A model generated the notes under the pieces. That model ran no database searches and had not been told where the DNA came from. It worked only from the letters and a program-made list of their open reading frames with translations. A program made the translations under genes and the position numbers. From Macrostomum lignano (taxonomy: Eukaryota): 64,000 bases of DNA. Below, piece by piece: positions 60,945 through 64,000 of the stretch. The stretch lies in the NCBI GenBank assembly GCA_002269645.1, contig NIVC01003248.1, forward strand, positions 1 to 64,000. The letters are read 5' to 3'. Numbering within the stretch: position 1 is the first letter of the stretch; each line of letters opens with the position of its first letter.

Positions 60945-61865
60945 ATGCGCCACAGAAATGCCTTGTTTGCAGCCGCAGTGCTCAGCACATGCATTTGCCT
61001 GCTCCTGACCATCGGGGGAGGCGGCAACGGAGCAAAATTAATAAAGGGCGCGCAAAGTTCGACACATATGAACCCCGCAGGCAACCCATCAAGAAGAGAC
61101 GCAAGCGGCACTAAAAATGCAAGCTTAAAGGCGCAAGCACGCGCATCCAATATCATCAAAATCTTGCACCAGAGCTGGAAGACCCGCCAGCTGCCGGCCA
61201 GAGCTGTGCGATGGAGCGCCAGCTGGAAGTCCTGCTTTCCCGACTGGGAGTGGCGCCTGTGGACCGACCAGGACAACCTGGCTCTGGTGCGAGACCATTA
61301 CGCCTGGTTTCTGCCGGTCTACAACGGCCAGAGGTACAACATCGAGAGGGCCGACCTGGCCAGGTATTTTTATTTGTACCATTTTGGCGGCATCTACACA
61401 GATCTGGACACGGTGTGCATGAAAAACTTCGAGCACCTGCTTCACTTAGAGACTCTCGTGTTCGGCGCCATGGACACTCACCCAGGTGACTCAGTGCTTC
61501 CCGGACAGCTGGTGCAGAACTCCTTCATGGCCTCCCTGCGGCCGGGACACCCGTTCTGGATGCGTCTTCTCAGAAGGATCGAGCGAAACTTCAATGCTGG
61601 AAAGAGAGGTCGGCCGGAGGACAACACGGGGCCCACGGTGCTCATGGAAGAGCTGCGGCTCTACGTGCGCAGCAACGCCTCCGACGTGAAGGTTTATCCC
61701 GGAAAGTACTTCAACCCATTCAGCTGGACGCTGAGGAACAGCAAAATCTGCAAGGACTTCGGCCAGATGTCCGACTCGGTTGAAAAGATCTGCATAAATT
61801 CCTTTCCCAAGGCATTCGTTGTACAGCTGCACACGCAGAGCTGGGGCCGGGGTCGCATGAGGTGA
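60945..61865 (+). CDS. Intronless type II membrane glycosyltransferase, GT32 (DXD sugar-binding, OCH1/SUR1-like), 306 aa
   Basis: N-terminal signal anchor; KILHQSW; WEWRLWTD; ADLARYFYLYHFGGIYTDLD; NSFMAS..GHPF; TGP; KYFNP. Confidence 0.9.
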   Translation: MRHRNALFAAAVLSTCICLLLTIGGGGNGAKLIKGAQSSTHMNPAGNPSRRDASGTKNASLKAQARASNIIKILHQSWKTRQLPARAVRWSASWKSCFPDWEWRLWTDQDNLALVRDHYAWFLPVYNGQRYNIERADLARYFYLYHFGGIYTDLDTVCMKNFEHLLHLETLVFGAMDTHPGDSVLPGQLVQNSFMASLRPGHPFWMRLLRRIERNFNAGKRGRPEDNTGPTVLMEELRLYVRSNASDVKVYPGKYFNPFSWTLRNSKICKDFGQMSDSVEKICINSFPKAFVVQLHTQSWGRGRMR

Positions 61866-62672
61866 AAGCACTTTTGTTCTGACTTAATTTAGCATGGACT
61901 TCCCCGGATCCGCGAAGTAGTGAAGGCAAGTATAAATTCTACTACCGTCCCAAGAGTAGTCACTTATGAACCCATGGAGATCAGAGGCCAATAGCTCGCC
62001 GGTCGGTAGCAACAGATCCAGCATGAAACTGCATTTTTAGGAGCTGCGTCACTAGCAAAAATGAATCAAATGAACATGAGATGCTCGGATGTTGCGCCAC
62101 AAAAATTGAACCCGTATGAGCTAGCCTCGTCTCATTTTATGTCTCCCAGAGCAAAAAAAATGTTGCTTTTAGGCGGCGCGGAAGAAGAAAAATATTGGGG
62201 GGGGGGGAGCACAAGAACAAGCTAATATTTTTGGATGGGGAAGCCGTTCTAGTACATTATTTAGTCATTTTAATTAACTCCCTTTCCGCTGCTGCCCTAT
62301 GTACAAATGCAGCATATTGGAGTAGGATTCTGCGCTCCTTGACCTCCTTGGCCTCCTGCGCCGTAATGCATTGAAAATTGTTGTGCGGTTTGATATTTAG
62401 ACAAATGCACAGTTAATATTCTTGTTGTGGGTTTGTTCTTAAAACCACGTACATGAAAAGTACATGAAAATGTACTTTTGACGGATTCCTTTGCAGCAAA
62501 TCTTTTATTTCTGATCCTGTCGGGCTTTTTAGTGCGGTAATCAATAAGATGCTCAATCGATATACATGTGCTTAGTCACATCTTTGATCAAAACGTAGGA
62601 CGTCTTGGGTCGCCCTAAAATCAAAGGAACTTAAGCTCAAGCTCACAAACTTAAGCTCACAAAGTGGAGCCC

Positions 62673-62935
62673 GAGTAACCTATGTACACAACTGATTCGT
62701 CATTCTGCTCACAGTGACACCAGGAGGCTGGGTTCGGCAAAAAAACGAAAATTGGACTTGTAACTAGTTTAGGGATAGTTATGTCAACTCAAGCGCATAA
62801 AGTAGACTCCCTAATTACCCCTTGCTTATTGTTCTCCCCTATCCCAAGTCTGATTTTTGTTGCTTTTTTGCCGAGCCCAACTTCCTGGTGTCACTGTGAG
62901 CGGAATGGCATGTTATTTGTGTACATAGGTTACTC
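62673..62935. mobile_element. MITE-like element with imperfect TIRs of about 70 bp
   Basis: gagtaacctatgtacacaa...ctcacagtgacaccaggaggctgggttcggcaaaaaa is inverted at 62863-62935; right flank AGG|TTAA is piggyBac-like, left flank is not. Confidence 0.75.
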
Positions 62936-64000
62936 AGGTTAATTAAAAGGTGGGGCAAGTAAGTCACAAATTTGTTTTAATAATTGGGTTGAAGACAAAA
63001 ATGTTTATGGCTCAATTTTCTACTTATAGTAGGCACCTAAGAATGTTAACATATTTTGTATTTAAAAAATCTCTTCCTCATATAAAACCGGCTATATAGC
63101 TTCTCTTCTCTTATTGGTTGAGACTAATTTACTTGTTTAAAAGGGCCAAAAATAGAGTAGGATTCGAAATGGATCTGTCACTCACTCACTGACAACAAGC
63201 AGTCAGGAACATAGATATACAAAATGGCAGGCACATATCCATATTTGGTCTGTCTCAAGGACCACTAGGAACACTTCGTTATATAGTATAGTAGTCCTTG
63301 GGTCAACCATTGGGCCAACATGCCTGTGGCATGTCTCTTGGCGTGCAACCACTTCAACGCTGCAGCGTCAGTGCGCAGGCCTTGGTCTGTCTCTACAGCC
63401 AGTTCGCGATGGACAAGAGGCAATTGAGTGTTCTCAGTGCCTGAATTGACAGCACAGTGCATGCGATAGTCGCATCCCAATCAATCAGTATGCTGCAATG
63501 AGAAATATCGGTGTGAGTTTTCTGACTTTGCAAGCAATGCAACGGATGGGCTCCTGCAGGTAACTTAGCAGTGTCTCAAGCTGCAGATGCTGCAGTGGTA
63601 CAAGCTTCAAATGCTGGACCAGCGCCTGTGCCTGCTGAAAATCGAGAACCAGTGCATCTGATTTCAACACTGGGAAATTTTTTTTACCAGTATCCAGGTT
63701 TCAATGACCGCCCCTCAGCCTTCCCCTCCCCCAGCCCTTTGAGCTTCTTACAGGTGCGGTATGCAATCCACGGCAAAGACCTTCTGGTGCAGTACGTCCA
63801 GCGAGACCTTGGCCATCTGATGGAAACACGTACTATCGCTGCACTAAGCGTTTATCACTGCACTGTCATGGCTCAGCCGGGCTGATGGAACCATAGAAGC
63901 CCTTGCCCCGCACACATGCGATAGGCCAGCTCAGAAGAGAAAGGCAGCAAAGGAGGCAAAGGAGGGAGCGAAGCGCTTGCTGTTTACCTCTGCTAGAAAT

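Noticed and set aside
63265-63885. Possible decayed coding sequence near the right end
   Set aside because: Only short ORFs; no motif I can support in any frame.

Overview
Eukaryotic, intron-containing, repeat-rich genomic DNA from an invertebrate. A macrostomid flatworm such as Macrostomum is my inference from gene content, TTAGGG-type repeats, minisatellite load and a recognisable non-LTR retrotransposon family; I have not verified it. Gene models were built by hand from GT-AG sites with consistent phases. Left to right: the last 25 codons of a cytochrome P450 (+); a possible 4-exon orphan gene (-); a near-identical tandem duplication of about 6 kb (9802-15752 and 15779-21957) that yields two intact CYP2-clan P450 genes and one truncated plus one full DEG/ENaC channel gene; a divergent Robo-like receptor (4 Ig, 3 FN3, TM); a 2-exon rhodopsin-class peptide GPCR; an intronless CK1-family pseudokinase; a 1131-aa coiled-coil/CAP-Gly protein carrying about 44 KTPSKPPSVVDEGQ repeats; and an intronless GT32 glycosyltransferase. 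About 20 unrelated tandem arrays (units 3-81 bp) cover roughly a fifth of the window. Mobile DNA includes two LINE fragments, a Tc1 remnant, a Harbinger-like element, a long-TIR element, two Crypton-like tyrosine-recombinase fragments, a Penelope fragment with a minimal hammerhead ribozyme and a MITE. The most notable observations are (1) a duplication junction built from three locally templated pieces, which also gives the truncated channel a new hydrophobic tail; (2) a 55.2-60.0 kb block where three clusters of a CATAGAC motif and palindromes bracket two tyrosine-recombinase fragments; and (3) the CAP-Gly protein with a large CDK-consensus array. No databases or programs were run; all counts are by hand.
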